Shown: piece by piece, positions 51,621 through 64,000 of the stretch
How the letters are laid out: the number at the start of each line of letters is the position of its first letter
Position numbering within the stretch: position 1 is the first letter of the stretch
From: Octopus sinensis
Taxonomy: Eukaryota
Length of the DNA stretch: 64,000 bases
Direction of reading: 5' to 3'
NCBI RefSeq assembly: GCF_006345805.1
Contig: NC_043016.1
Span: 10,974,001 to 11,038,000 of the forward strand
The notes under the pieces: generated by a model
The model's input: only the letters and a program-made list of their open reading frames with translations
Database searches by the model: none
Told to the model about the DNA's origin: nothing
Position numbers and translations under genes: made by a program

Positions 51621-52030
51621 ATAATGTAAAGTATAGAAGCCATCTTATCATGGCTAACCACATTGGGGAGGGGTGTTACTGTAGCTTTATAGCCCCAAGA
51701 GATCTTCGTCTCTAGCTGGCTTTAGACACAATATCTGTGTCCTTGGAGTATTTGCAAAGGGAGGCCATCCATCCTCGCAAGCCTGAGTGATACGCTCGAA
51801 CTAGTTTCGGGATAGTTGTCCCTCATCAACGGGCGGTAACCACCAGGTAGCGATGAAAGAGAAGGCTCCTTTGCAAATAGATATAAGTTTTTCTAATGGC
51901 GTCTGCCACTGGGGCTATAAAGCTACAGTAACACCCCCTCCCCAATGTGGTTAGCCATGATAAGATGGCTTCTATACTTTACATTATCGAGCGATTACTG
52001 TTTCAATCTCATTCTGAGATTTAATAACGC

Positions 52031-52032
<2 letters not shown>
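51621..52032. mobile_element. Penelope-type fold-back element between (TA)n tracts
   Basis: Inverted arms 51621-51687 and 51910-51987, inner TTTGCAAAGG/CCTTTGCAAA arms, central hammerhead-like motif. Confidence 0.7.
51793..51835 (-). ncRNA. Penelope-type minimal hammerhead ribozyme-like motif
   Basis: Minus strand CGCCCG-TTGATGA-GGGA(caacta)TCCC-GAAA-CTAG-TT-CGAGCG: perfect stem II, palindromic stem III (ACTAGT), stem I 5/6 bp; C3 replaced by U. Confidence 0.7.
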
Positions 52033-52061
<29 letters not shown>

Positions 52062-53559
52062 GAAATATATAGGTGCAATTATAAATATAAATACCATATT
52101 GTATTATATCATAACATGATTACTATAGAGAAAAGTTACAAACCCCTTCACAATCTATAGAAATTACACCAGTATATATATGAGGGTATATAGATATCCA
52201 AAATACAATTATATAATATAAGATAAAAGAATAGATAAAATAAAATAAAATAAAAATGAATAAAAGGAAAAAAATATTTGTATAAAATTTCAATAAAGTA
52301 TTTATAGAATGTAAAAATAGAAATAACGATAAAAATTTTACATTTTGAATGCCATAAAATATATACTGGATATAAAAAGAGATGAAAGATAAAAAAATAA
52401 GGATAAGTCATGGTATTCATAATAAAAGCTAATTAAAAAATAAATAAAATATGATGAAAATACCATTGGTATTGGTTTTATAAAATATTTCCAGATATGT
52501 GTAGAATCATAGCAGTTCTTAGGGGATATATAATATACTTAAGGGAGTCATGGGCTCTGGTAATCAATTGTAAATATACCTATTACGACTGATAGGGAAG
52601 AAAGTCTTAGAACCGAAGGGGAAATTGTGTAATCTAAGCATGGAGGGAATGCAGATTAAACATGTAGGGGTTATAAAAGGGCAGAAAGGTTAGCACGTCG
52701 GGCTAAATGCTTAGCAGTATTTCAGCTGTCGTTACGTTCCGAGTTCAAATTCCGCCGAGGTCAACTTTGCCTTTCATCCTTTTGGGGTCGATAAATTAAG
52801 TACCACTTACGCACTGGGGTCGATGTAACCAACTTAAGCCCTTTGTCTGTCCTTGTTTGTCCCCTCTATGTTTAGCCCCCTGTGGGCAATAAAGAAATAA
52901 ATATTATGTATAATTCTATACAATAGAGGGTATGTTAGGAAAAACATGGCACCCCAGATAATTTCCTATTTCTTTACTGCCCACAAGAGGAGACTAACAA
53001 GGATAGACAAATGGATTAAGTCAATTATATCGACCCCAGTGCGTAACTGTTACTTATTTAATTGACCTCGAAAGGATGAAAGGCAAAGTCGACCTCAGCA
53101 GAATTTGAACTCAGAATGTAGTGGCAGACGAAATACCTATTTCTTTACTACCCACAAGGGGCTACACACAGAGGGGACTAACAAGGACAGACAAATGGAT
53201 TCAGTTGATTATATCAACTCCTGTGCGTAACTGGTACTTATTTAATCGACCCTGAAAGGATGAAAGGCAAAGTTGACCTCGGCAGAATTTGAACTCTGAA
53301 CGTAGTGGCAGATGAAATACAGCTTAGCATTTCGCCCGGCATGCTAACGTTTCTGCCAACTCACCGCCTTATAATTTCTGCCACTAAATCATTGTATGAT
53401 ATGTATAATATTATTTGTTTCTAAAATATTTGAAGGTAACTTCGAGCCATGAAGACAATATCAGACTGACTTGGTGCCTCAACTTAAGTACCTAATTCAA
53501 CTGAATCATAATTCTTTATATATATAACTTAGATCGGTCCAGGCCATGTCTAACTTAAT

Positions 53560-54110
53560 AGCACTACTTAATAGGATTAGCTAAATCCTTTTTAAGTCAA
53601 GTTTTGTTTATGGTCCATTCTAGTAGTGAGTTCTTGTTGAGTGAGTTGTATCCAGGTATGGGTGGCTTATCTGGTATTCCTTGAAGAAATCTGTCCAGAC
53701 TTCGTTTAAAGGCAATAGGATCCTTTTCCTTTTTGATCTGTTTTGGGACAATGTTAAACAGGGCAGGGCCTGTTGAGGAAAAGAATTTGTGTCGCAGTGT
53801 ATCTATATGTTGTGATCCTGAATTGGGCAGGGGACATATAGCCTGTGGTCCCAGCCTTGGATGAACCTTGAAGCTAATGTTCAGGTCATTTGGGCAATGC
53901 TGGTGGTATATTCTCTACATATTGCAAATGATGTACTGCTCGCGGCGGCACTGGAGAGAGTAGAGTTTCAAGGCTTTAAGGCAGCCCCAGTAATCGAGAC
54001 CAGTCATGCTCTTAATTTGTTTAGTGAATGCTCTCTGGGATGATTCAATTTGTAAGATGTTTTGTTTTGTATGGGGAGACCACAGGGGGCAGCAGTATTT
54101 GAGGTGTGGC
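53560..54110 (-). mobile_element. CR1/L2-like LINE 3' fragment
   Basis: PHLKYCCPLWSPH...IESSQRAFTKQI..M.GLDY...LKALKLYSLQCRRE. Confidence 0.8.
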
Positions 54111-54483
54111 CATGATATATATATAATATATATATACACACAACAGGCTTCTTTCAGTTTCCATCTACCAAATCCACTCACAAGGCTTTGGTCAACCCAT
54201 GGCTACAGTAGACGACACTTGCTTGAAGTGCCATGCAGTGGAACTGAACCCTGAACAATGTGGTTGGGAAGCAAACTTCTTACCAGACACACACATATGT
54301 ATACATACATATGTGTGTTTGTATATATTTGTGTGTCTGTACTTGTGCTTGTCCCCTACCATCACTTGACAACCAGTGTTGGCTTGTTAGTGTCCCCCAT
54401 AACCTAGCAGTTCTCCAAGAGGGACTGATGGAATAAGTACTGGACTGGAAGATAAATATTGGTATCGATCGTTTTGACTAAAC

Positions 54484-55171
54484 CAGTGGTTCTCATCTGG
54501 GGTCCATATGATTTTGGGGGAGTCCACACAACAAAATAGTGTATTAGGGATCCACAATAGTATTTTAAGGGACCCCTGAAAAGTTTTTGCTTTAGATGTA
54601 TGTATTGGTATGTAGTGAAAAACAAAATAGGGGTTTTGAAAGAAGTTTCTATAAAACTAGTTTTTAAACATCAAGTAGCCATGGGGATCCACCAGAATAA
54701 AATAATAATCAAGGGGTCCATACATAAAAAAGGGCTTGAGAACCCCTGCTTTAGATGTAAGTATTGGTATGTATTGCAAGAAACAGTCAGGTTTCTTTCT
54801 CTAACATTTTACATAAGTGAATGTATAAGAAAAACAAAATAGGAAATTTGAAAGAAGTTTCAATAAAACTAGGTTTTAAACATAGAATGGATATGGGGTG
54901 CACCAGAATAAAATAGTAATCAAGAGATCCATACATAAAAAAGGGGTTGAGAACCCCTGCTTTAGATATATGTATTGGTAAGAAACAGATTGGTTTCTTT
55001 CTCTGTTTTCCATAGTTCAACCTATACAAGTTAATGTATGATAAACAAAATATCAATTTTGGAAGAAGTTTCTATAAAACTAGTTTTTAAACATCAAATA
55101 GCTATGGAGGTCCACTAGAATAAAATAGTAATCAAAGGGGTCCATAGATCAAAACTGTTTGAGAACCTCTC
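54484..55171. mobile_element. hAT-like MITE with three tandem copies of its right end, inserted in a family-A SINE
   Basis: CAGTGGTTCTCA left end; TGAGAACCCCTG-type right end at ~54740, ~54950 and ~55160; degenerate 8-bp TSD GACTAAAC/AGCTAAAC. Confidence 0.7.
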
Positions 55172-56012
55172 AGCTAAACCCTTTCTGGGCAGTGCTCCAG
55201 CATGGCCACACTCCAATGACTGAAACAAGTAAAAGGTAAAACGATGAAAGATAAAAGCCAATGAGGTGTTACAATGCAAAAACCGGTCACAAAACAAATT
55301 TCTTAACCTTGAGACCAAATTTAAATTTAAAACATGATCAAGTACACATTTTCCTGACGAGGGACCAGGAGATGATGCAATTTGCTAAACTTGACGAGCT
55401 TTGTCAAACTAAGTAAAAATCTCTATCTTACACACACACACACTCACACACAGACTTGTCCTTTTAGGTAACTGTACCACTTGAAAAGCACCTGTGCCTG
55501 TGCTGTGTGAATACACCCGTGCTGGGTGGCATGTAAAAAGTACCTGGCATACTCTGTTAAGTGGTTGGTGCTAGGAAAGGCATCCAGCCATAGAAACCAT
55601 GCCACAATAGACTGTTGGAGTTTGGACAGCTCCCTGTTAGCCTGCTCCATATCAAACCTATTTCTTTACTACCCACAAGGGGCCAAACACAGAAGAGACA
55701 AACAAGGACAGACAAATGGATTAAGTCGATTACATCGACCTCAGTGTGTAACTGGTACTTAATTTATCGACCCCGAAAGGTTGAAAGGTAAAGTTGACCT
55801 CGGTGGAATTTGAACTCAGAACGTAATGACAGACGAAATACCGGTAAGCATTTCGCCCGACGTGCTAACGATTCTGCCAGCTCGCCACCTTATCAACCAT
55901 CCAACCCATGCCAGCGTGGAAAGTGGACATTAAATGATGACGACGAAGGGGGAAGGGGATTATTTTTTGTTTTCTTTTTATTCTTATTTTTTTTTATTTT
56001 TCTGATTAATAG

Positions 56013-56257
56013 ACCGTGAAAACGTTTTTACCTGAGATGCAGCAGTTAGAACATGGCCACATCGTGACGATTGGATCTTGTCTTGGAATCTCAGGAATGG
56101 ATGGTGTTTCATCCTATAGCAGTTCCAAGTTTGGCGTGACTTCTTTTGCTGATTCTCTGGCAGCCATGTTAGACAGTGCTACCTACAAAGGTGTTGAATC
56201 CACTGCCGTTTATCCATTCCAGATTTCAAACAGTATGTTCGCTGGCTGTGAAATTAG
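56013..56257 (+). CDS. DHRS3: SDR16C dehydrogenase/reductase (DHRS3/RDH10-like), catalytic exon C
   Basis: Polypyrimidine...taatAG|ACCGTG...GAAATTAG|GTttgt; TVKTFLPEM...HGHIVTIGSCLG...YSSSKFG...VYPFQISNSMFAGCEIR; catalytic Ser and YxxxK; in frame with exon B. Confidence 0.93.
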
Positions 56258-56371
56258 GTTTGTTTTATTTTATTATGTTTTATTGCATTTTCTTCATTTC
56301 TCTCCTTCCTGTGTGTGTGTGCATGTGTCTGCATATGTGTGTGTGTTTGTGTATGTAATTGTGCATATATA

Positions 56372-56753
56372 CACTACCGTCAGAAATTAATTAGCACCCT
56401 TGATTTGCTCTTCACTCAGGTAGGTATGTACTGTCACCTAGTGGCCATATCTCGAACTATTGCTTTGTTGCGAGTTCACTGTTGCGCAGAACGATGACGT
56501 AACTTTGTTTGCAGAGCAGTTGAGAGTCTACAGCCTTATGATGTTGACATAGCAGTGAAACAAAAAACTTGGAGTGCGGATGCAGACAAATCTTCCTTTG
56601 TTTAATAGATATAGGTAGCGCCTCACAAGGACCGAAATCACACCATACTAAGTTTTCTCATCGCGTAAGGACGTTTTGAACAGCTCATAGGTTAATTGAT
56701 TTAACCTATTTAATGTAGAAATTGAGAAGTGCTAATTAATTCTGACGCAAGTG
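56372..56753. mobile_element. Tc1/mariner-type MITE with TA TSD
   Basis: TA-CACTACCGTCAGAAATTAATTAGCAC ... GTGCTAATTAATTCTGACGCAAGTG-TA. Confidence 0.75.
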
Positions 56754-56754
56754 T

Positions 56755-56920
56755 ATGTATGGGAAGATGATTTATATATGTGTTTGTGTGTTGTGTGTGG
56801 TGTGTGTGTGTGTGGTGTGTGTGTGTGTGTATGTATGTTTGCATGTGGTGAGCAGCTGTATGTGTGGAGATGATTTATGCATGTATTTGTGTGTGTGTGT
56901 ATGCATATGTGTGGTATGTT

Positions 56921-56951
<31 letters not shown>

Positions 56952-57016
56952 GGATGGATGGATGCATGGATGGATGGATGGATGGATGGATGGGTTGGTG
57001 GATGGATGGATGGATG

Positions 57017-57054
<38 letters not shown>

Positions 57055-57070
57055 TAAATCGATAGATAGA

Positions 57071-57102
<32 letters not shown>

Positions 57103-57171
57103 TAGATAGATAGATAGATAGATAGACAGATAAATAGATAGATAGATAAATAGATAGACAGATAAATAGAC

Positions 57172-57225
<54 letters not shown>

Positions 57226-57394
57226 GTAGATAGATAGATAGATAGATAGATAGGTAGGTAGGTAGGTAGGTAGATAGATAGATAGGTAGGTAGGTAGGTA
57301 GGTAGGTAGGTAGATAGATAGATAGATAGATAGGTAGGTAGGTAGGTAGGTAGGTAGGTAGGTAGGTAGGTAGGTAGGTAGGTAGGTAGGTAGG

Positions 57395-57445
<51 letters not shown>

Positions 57446-57660
57446 GTAGGTAGGTAGGTAGGTAGGTAGGTAGGTAGGTAGATAGATAGATAGATAGATA
57501 TGTATGTATTTATGCATCTGAGTGTGGGTATCTATGTGTCTGTGTGTGCATTTGCATGTAGGGATGTTGTTATGTATGTGTCCATGTATATGTATCTATC
57601 TCTATGGATGGATGGATGGATGGCTGTAAGGTATGTATATATGTATGTAAGTTTGCGTAG
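56755..57660. repeat. Compound microsatellite (GT, TA, GGAT, GACA, GATA, GGTA)
   Basis: Directly visible. Confidence 0.97.
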
Positions 57661-57780
57661 TTTTATCTTTTGAATTGCTCATCAGCAAAGAAAGAACTAG
57701 TTTCTAACCTAAAAACAAGGCTCCGACATTGAAATTTAGACAGCTTCAACAGGATAGCCTATTGTGTGCATGCATGCATG

Positions 57781-57819
<39 letters not shown>

Positions 57820-58700
57820 TGTGTGTTTGTGTGTGCAGGAATGTATGTTTTGGGACATACATACAGAGAAAGTTGTTTATTATATTCATTGGGTAATGCT
57901 TAGACATAGTTATCAACATCAAAATTTATTTGAAACCATACAATTTACCTAAAATAAATTAAAAATTGTCTGCTTCTTAAAATCAAAGATTCAGGTGCTA
58001 CTATCCAAATTTCTGTGTTTAACAATTTTTGGACATCATTCATTTTATTAACATATTGCAGTCTGCATTATTTTTAAAATTCAAATGTCAGCTTCAAGTC
58101 TCCAAAGTTTTTGATACTTGACAGAATAACACATAATAAAATCAAAAATAGATAAATTAAATTGTTTTTTTTGATAATATTAATTTTTGTCCAGTGAAAA
58201 AAAAAAAGCAGCCAAGATGATATTTTCTTTAACATTGCTAAAAACGTACAATAAGTACTTCACATCATTTTCTTGACTTTACATCGTTATTTACTTACCT
58301 TTTTTTTTTTTCTCATGAAATTAATGTGAAAAAATAAACCTCAACTTCAGTCAGTTTATTCCATTTTACGCCAGTTTCAGCAAAACATATTTAAAAGAAT
58401 AGAAATTTCAAAAAATAAAAAGAACATGAAAACTAAGACTGAAATATATAAAAATCAAATAAAATACTTGTGAAAATATGTATAAATCAGTTTATTAAAA
58501 GAAATAAAAGCCAATAAATTGTAAAAGAATTCTACATAGGCGCAGGAGTGGCTGTGTGGTAAGTAGCTTTCTTACCAACAACATGGTTCTGGGTTCAGTC
58601 CCACTGCGTGGCATCTTGGGCAAGTGTCTTCTGCTATAGCCTCGGGCCGACCAATGCCTTGTGAGTGGATTTGGTAGACGGAAACTGAAAGAAGCCTGTC

Positions 58701-58744
<44 letters not shown>

Positions 58745-59334
58745 GTATGTATATGTTTGTGTGTCTGTGTTTGTCCCGCTAGCATTGCTTGACAACCAAT
58801 GCTGGTGTGTTTACGTCCCCGTAACTTAGCGGTTCGGCAAAAAAGACCGATAGAATAAGTACTGGGCTTACAAAAGAATAAGTCCCGGGGTCGATTTGCT
58901 CGACTAAAGGCGGTGCTCCAGCATGGCCGCAGTCAAATGACTGAAACAAGTAAATAAGTAAATGAGAGTTTCAATGTTTACACTCATTCACATGGTGTTT
59001 GGGACCTTTAATTCTAGCTTTCCAACAGAAGGTGGCGCTCCAATTCATACCAGGAAATTCAAATGTGTGTACAGGTTTACTTTGTTTCGCTTTTCATACA
59101 CCATACTTCCTGTGTTTAAAATATAGTATTTTATAACACTAGAAATGTCTTTCTTTTAATGAATTTTATTGAATTTTTTTTATTGCTCTTTTCAATTTTT
59201 TTTTTGTGTGTGTTACATCATTTTTTGAAGTTAAGTTGCAATGTCTTGGAACCAATTATCAATGTAGGTTGAAGTATGTCTGTATAAAATGTGTGTGTGT
59301 GTGTAGAGTTTTTGAAGTGGTGTACAGATATTGT

Positions 59335-60972
59335 ATATTGATAGAGAGGAGGCAGTCAGAATCTTGGATAATTCTTTATTAGCGCTTGCTTTCGTTTGTT
59401 TTTCAAACTCGTCAAGACAAAATCAAAATCAAAATGGTACAAGCAGAATGTTTCATTGTTCTGTTAAGAAGAGAATATTGTTTTTGTTTTTTGTTTGTTT
59501 TTTTAGAAAAAGGGGAAGAGAGAGAGAAAGAGAAAAGCAAAGGGATGGGGGATAAGGAGCGAGAGAGCTGTCAGAACAATCAAGAATGAGGAGAAAACAT
59601 AATAATAAAGGAGGGGAAAAGATAAATAGATAGATAGATACATAGAAAGACAGACATGCAGACAGAGGCTTCTTTTCAATTTCATGTCAATTCATTGAAA
59701 TTTCATTACAAAGCATTTTTCTTTTTTTCTTTCTCCTTTCTTTGTTTTTTTTCTTTCCATTGTATACCTATAAGCATATTTGTAAATAAACACATTTTCT
59801 CACAAGGGCTAGTGACCTTTCAATGATGTCAATTTTAGGAAGTATAATGGAAGAAATAAGAAAAGGGGGGAAGGTGTGGACATCACTGTAAAATGAAAAA
59901 GACTTTAAAGTTTCAAAGTCCTATGAAAATGTATATTCCTTTACATTTGTATAGCCAAGTTCCATATTCTGTGTAATTCCATGTTTTTCATGAACAAACA
60001 TTAAATATTAATACAATATTCATAAATTAGGAAAATAAAATCAGAATATAAAAAAATAATTTGGTACTGTTTATAATTCAATTTACTCTCAATGTACATT
60101 TAATCAAACATCACACTTGGGTTTTGTATGTATTTTGTATATTTAGCTGGAAGCCACTCAGTAGGATATAAATTGCATAATAAAACAGGGCCCACTTAAG
60201 TATATTTTTTTTAGTGTTTCATCCTTTTGTAAAATTTATTTTAATTTTTATTGCCTGCTTAGATAAGATAATTCAAAAGAGATCTTTTTCACAAATTACT
60301 TTGCCAAATAGCTACATTAAATATCTTTCCTATTCAGTGATAAAATGCTTCTAGTATTCTTTCTCTTAAGAGAGAATAAAGAATACCTGAGAAATTGAAT
60401 AATAAACAATACCAAATTATTTTATTAAATTCCTATTTTGTGAATATTTAATGTTTGTTCATGCAATTACACAGAATATGGGACTTGGCCATACAGTGTA
60501 AAAGAATATACATTCTCATAGGACTTTGAACTTAGAACTCTTTTTTTATTTTTCAGCTATGACTGCACCCTCACCCCCTTTTCTTATTTCTTCCATCCTA
60601 CTTCCTAAAATTGACATCTTTGTAAGGTCACCAGTCCTTGTGAGAAAATATATTTATTTACAAATGTGTTGATAGGTATACAATGGAAAGAAAAAAGAAA
60701 GGAGAAAGAAAAAAGAAAAATGCTTTGTAATGAAATTTCAATGAATTCACCACTTCAGATTGAAAAGAAACCTCCCATACTCTCTCTCTCGTTCTCTCTC
60801 ACTCTCTCTCTCCCTTTCCAAAAAAACAAAAACAATATTCCCCTCTTCTAAACAGAACAATGAAACGTTCTGTTTTTACCATTTTGATTTTGTCTTGACG
60901 AGTTTGAAAAATGAATGAAAGCGCTTATAAATAATTATCCAAAATTCTGACTGCCTCCTTTTTCTCAATATA
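59335..60972. repeat. Older large inverted repeat: arms ~59335-60090 and ~60385-60972
   Basis: For example GGAGGCAGTCAGAAT...CAAACTCGTCAAGACAAAATC versus its reverse complement at 60885-60960; ATTGAAATTTCATTACAAAGCATTTTTC versus 60715-60745; many indels. Confidence 0.9.
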
Positions 60973-60981
60973 TATGTGTGT

Positions 60982-61023
<42 letters not shown>

Positions 61024-61785
61024 ATGTATATATTGCTAATATATATATTTTTGTTTTTTATAATGTTCCACAGCTGAATGGAAACAGGTAGGGTAATTTA
61101 CACAAGCTTTGCAGGTTCGAGTTTCACCTCATGTACTTTTTGTCTTGCTGCTACCATATCCACCACTACTATCACCCTCACAAACACTACCACCACTACC
61201 ACCAATATGATTACTACTGTCACTGCTATCACTGATAATAATGTTTTGCCTATAGTTGCTATACTGATGGTGGTATCATCATCATTGTTGTCATCATAAT
61301 TTAACTTCAACTTGTCTGTGTTTGCATGGGTTGGACAGAATTTGTTGAGGAAAACACTCGATAGAGAGATGTCCTTCCTATCACTAACCATCACCTCACA
61401 TTTCTCACTACTAAGAGGAAGTATTTGGAAAGGGAAAGTGGAAGTGGATGGCTGTATGTCAGGTGTTGAAAGGCTAAAAGTAAGACAGAGGGACAAGCAC
61501 AGGTGTCTCGCTATTGAAGAGATACATGGATGAATGGGATAAGGGGAAGTTAGTGATGGGTGCTAGAGCAAACTCTCAAGGAACAAGAAGGTGGGCATAA
61601 AAGAAGACATGGACAGTTTCCAAGCAAGGTAATATTTCATCCATGACCAGACATGTTTTCAGGGAAGATTGGAAACAAAGGACCCTGCTTGTGTAAGAGT
61701 GACACTTGCTTGCAACTTTCATGTGAAGTCAAAGCAAGGAGACAGAAACACACATACACACACACAACACACACAACACACACAC

Positions 61786-61819
<34 letters not shown>

Positions 61820-63169
61820 CATATCTATATTATATCTTGTGTATATAATTAGATGTACAACTGCTTCTGTTGAGTTTAGAGCTCTCTGTAGATTATCACC
61901 ACCCAAACTGCTTCTGGTGTAGTGGTTTGATTAATATTACACTTAGTAGTGTTACTGGCTATGATATACAGAACAAATTCTGTTCAAGCATCCAATGACA
62001 CACGGAACATCCAGTTCTGAGCTCCAAGCAATCATAACGGTGAAACTAATAATTTAAACTTGTGTTTATCGTAATTACTCATATATCATCATCATCAGCA
62101 TCATCATCATCGTCATCATTTAACGTCCATTGTCTATGTTGGTATAGGTTGGATGGTTTGACCTGGGCTGGCAATTGAAGGGAATACAGTTTAATTCCCT
62201 CTCTCTCTCTTTCGGAGAGGCACTGAGCAGCTATACGCACACATACACACACGGCAGTAACTTCCACCTACCAAATTCAATCACAAAGCTTCGGTCGGCT
62301 CGGGGCTATAGTGGAAGACACCTACCCAAAGTGTCACGCAGTGGGACTGAACCTGAAACCATGTAGCTAGGAAGCAAGCTCCCTAACCACAGGGTCATGC
62401 CCGGTTTACTCTAAATGGTTCTTAATGTTTCCTATCATTCAGTGTGGTTTGCCAAGTCTGGATTTTATCAGGGTGCTCATAAGGTATCTGTCCGGATTGA
62501 ATCCCTATTCCTTTGTATTATATATGTGTGGTGTGTGTGAGATGGGCCTTCTTTCAGTTTCTGTCTATCAAATTCACTCACAAGACTTTGGTCAGCCCAA
62601 GGATATAGTAGAAGGCACTTATTCAAGGTGCCATGCAGTGGGATTGAACTTGGAACCATGAGGTTGGGAAGCAAACTTCTTACCACACAGCTACCCTTCT
62701 GCCTATGTGTGATTATATGTGTATATACATATCGCCATCATTAATCAGTGTCAGAATCCTTGTCACCACTTTTACCCTCGCTTTTCCATGCTTGTATGGG
62801 TTGGACAAGTCCTCACGGACAAAACCAGTTCCTGTTCAGACTTACTGCTCTCCTACTCAGGTCAGGGATAAAGGTAAAGAATGGGTGGTGGTGAGAGGTG
62901 GACTAATTACAGACGTATCCAGTGTGATATCATGCTTCACTACACAGCTGGTGGTGTGGTGATGGGAAGGCGGTAGGGCAATATAGAAATGATAAGGGGA
63001 GAGCAATAGACAAGAGGGAGTATGAGTATAGGGAAACTTAATATAAATAAGGGTTAGAAGATGAATATTGACAAACATTATGATCGCCAGCACCATCAGC
63101 ATGTCTTCTTTTAATGCTTACCATGTGTTGGGGAGGGGTTTTTTTTTCTAGCGTGGTGCTTCATCACAA

Positions 63170-63620
63170 GTCTTAGGCATTGTCATTTACTCTGCAATAT
63201 TTCAATCACTTGAGATCAATCTTCACCGCTTTCCATATTTTGCTAGGTTTCCCTCTTCCACTAATCCGATCCACTTGGAGTGCACTTCTTATTATTAACA
63301 ACTGACTGCTTCCATGTACATCATGAGGCCCACATCAGTGCAGTTTTCATCATTCAAACACATGATGTCTGATTCTTCTCAGCTCATTTTTTTCCCCTCC
63401 ATATTTCATGCTCATTAACTCCCTAACATTGCACATCCAGTGGATCATGGTTAACTCATTTCTTTCCAGCCTTCACATGTCCTCTGCATTCATGGCCCAC
63501 ATCTCACTACAATACATCATCATTTTCTCTTATACATAGGCACCACACAATCTGCACTTCATTCTCAGAAGTAAACGCTTTATTGGCAACAGTGGTAATT
63601 TCTCACTGAACACTTTTCCA
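63170..63620 (-). mobile_element. Decayed RTE LINE 3' fragment
   Basis: Similar to the 3' end of the 13900-16900 LINE (CATCCAGTGGATCAT, ACATTGCACATCC). Confidence 0.55.
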
Positions 63621-63633
63621 CTATTTTCTCTTA

Positions 63634-63854
63634 ACCCTTTCGTTACCAACTTGGTTGAAACTGGCTCTGGCTCTGAGTATAAATGTCTTATTTTCATAAG
63701 TTCTGAATTAAAATCTTCCACCAAACTTTAGTCACAATTTATGTTCCTAACACTAACTGAATGATAACTAAATTATTTTACTAAATTCTTGGTTATATTT
63801 AAAGTAATTTAAAGAAACACAGAACATCTCAAAATAAATACAGTAACAAAAGGG
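63634..63854. mobile_element. piggyBac-like MITE with TTAA TSD
   Basis: TTAA-CCCTTTCGTTAC...GTAACAAAAGGG-TTAA. Confidence 0.75.
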
Positions 63855-64000
63855 TTAATCTGATTATTATGTCTTCCATTGCTAATTAGTTCACCTAAGT
63901 CACAGAAGCTATCAACTACTTCCATGGAGACTCTGAGCATATATATACATATGTATGTAACATAATGCAATAAAGTATCTCCTTGATATGTTGTGGTTAA

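Noticed and set aside
50950-52680. Decayed Penelope GIY-YIG coding region around the 51621 element
   Set aside because: Only a weak CxxC hint (TCLIC); too degenerate to support without a profile search.
55350-55410. CTGACGAG as a hammerhead core
   Set aside because: No matching stem II or GAAA downstream.

Overview
Eukaryotic, AT-rich, repeat-saturated intronic DNA. The SINE/LINE repertoire and the (TA)n, (ATC)n and (GATA)n microsatellites closely resemble Octopus (coleoid cephalopod) DNA; this is recognition, not a database hit. The only supportable host gene is a plus-strand SDR16C short-chain dehydrogenase/reductase, most like DHRS3 with some RDH10-like features. Three internal exons (26179-26301, 39366-39506, 56013-56257) splice in frame at GT-AG junctions and carry NNAG and YxxxK; the first and last exons were not found here. 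The rest is mobile DNA: tRNA-derived SINEs; decayed RTE, Penelope, Dong/R4, CRE, Tx1 and CR1 fragments; mariner, hAT, piggyBac-like, MULE and Helitron non-autonomous elements; and a solo LTR. Most notable: (i) a 5.5-kb, ~60-copy 93-bp satellite grown from a SINE 3' end; (ii) Penelope-type minimal hammerhead-like motifs, one coupled to a tRNA-like head and one with a non-canonical core; (iii) many fold-back structures, including a ~690-bp inverted duplication ending ~125 bp before an exon, which are candidate dsRNA/ADAR substrates; (iv) an ORF1-only, HAL1-like retroelement with a 16-bp TSD. No CRISPR or prokaryotic system is present. Coordinates were read by eye and may be off by a few bases.
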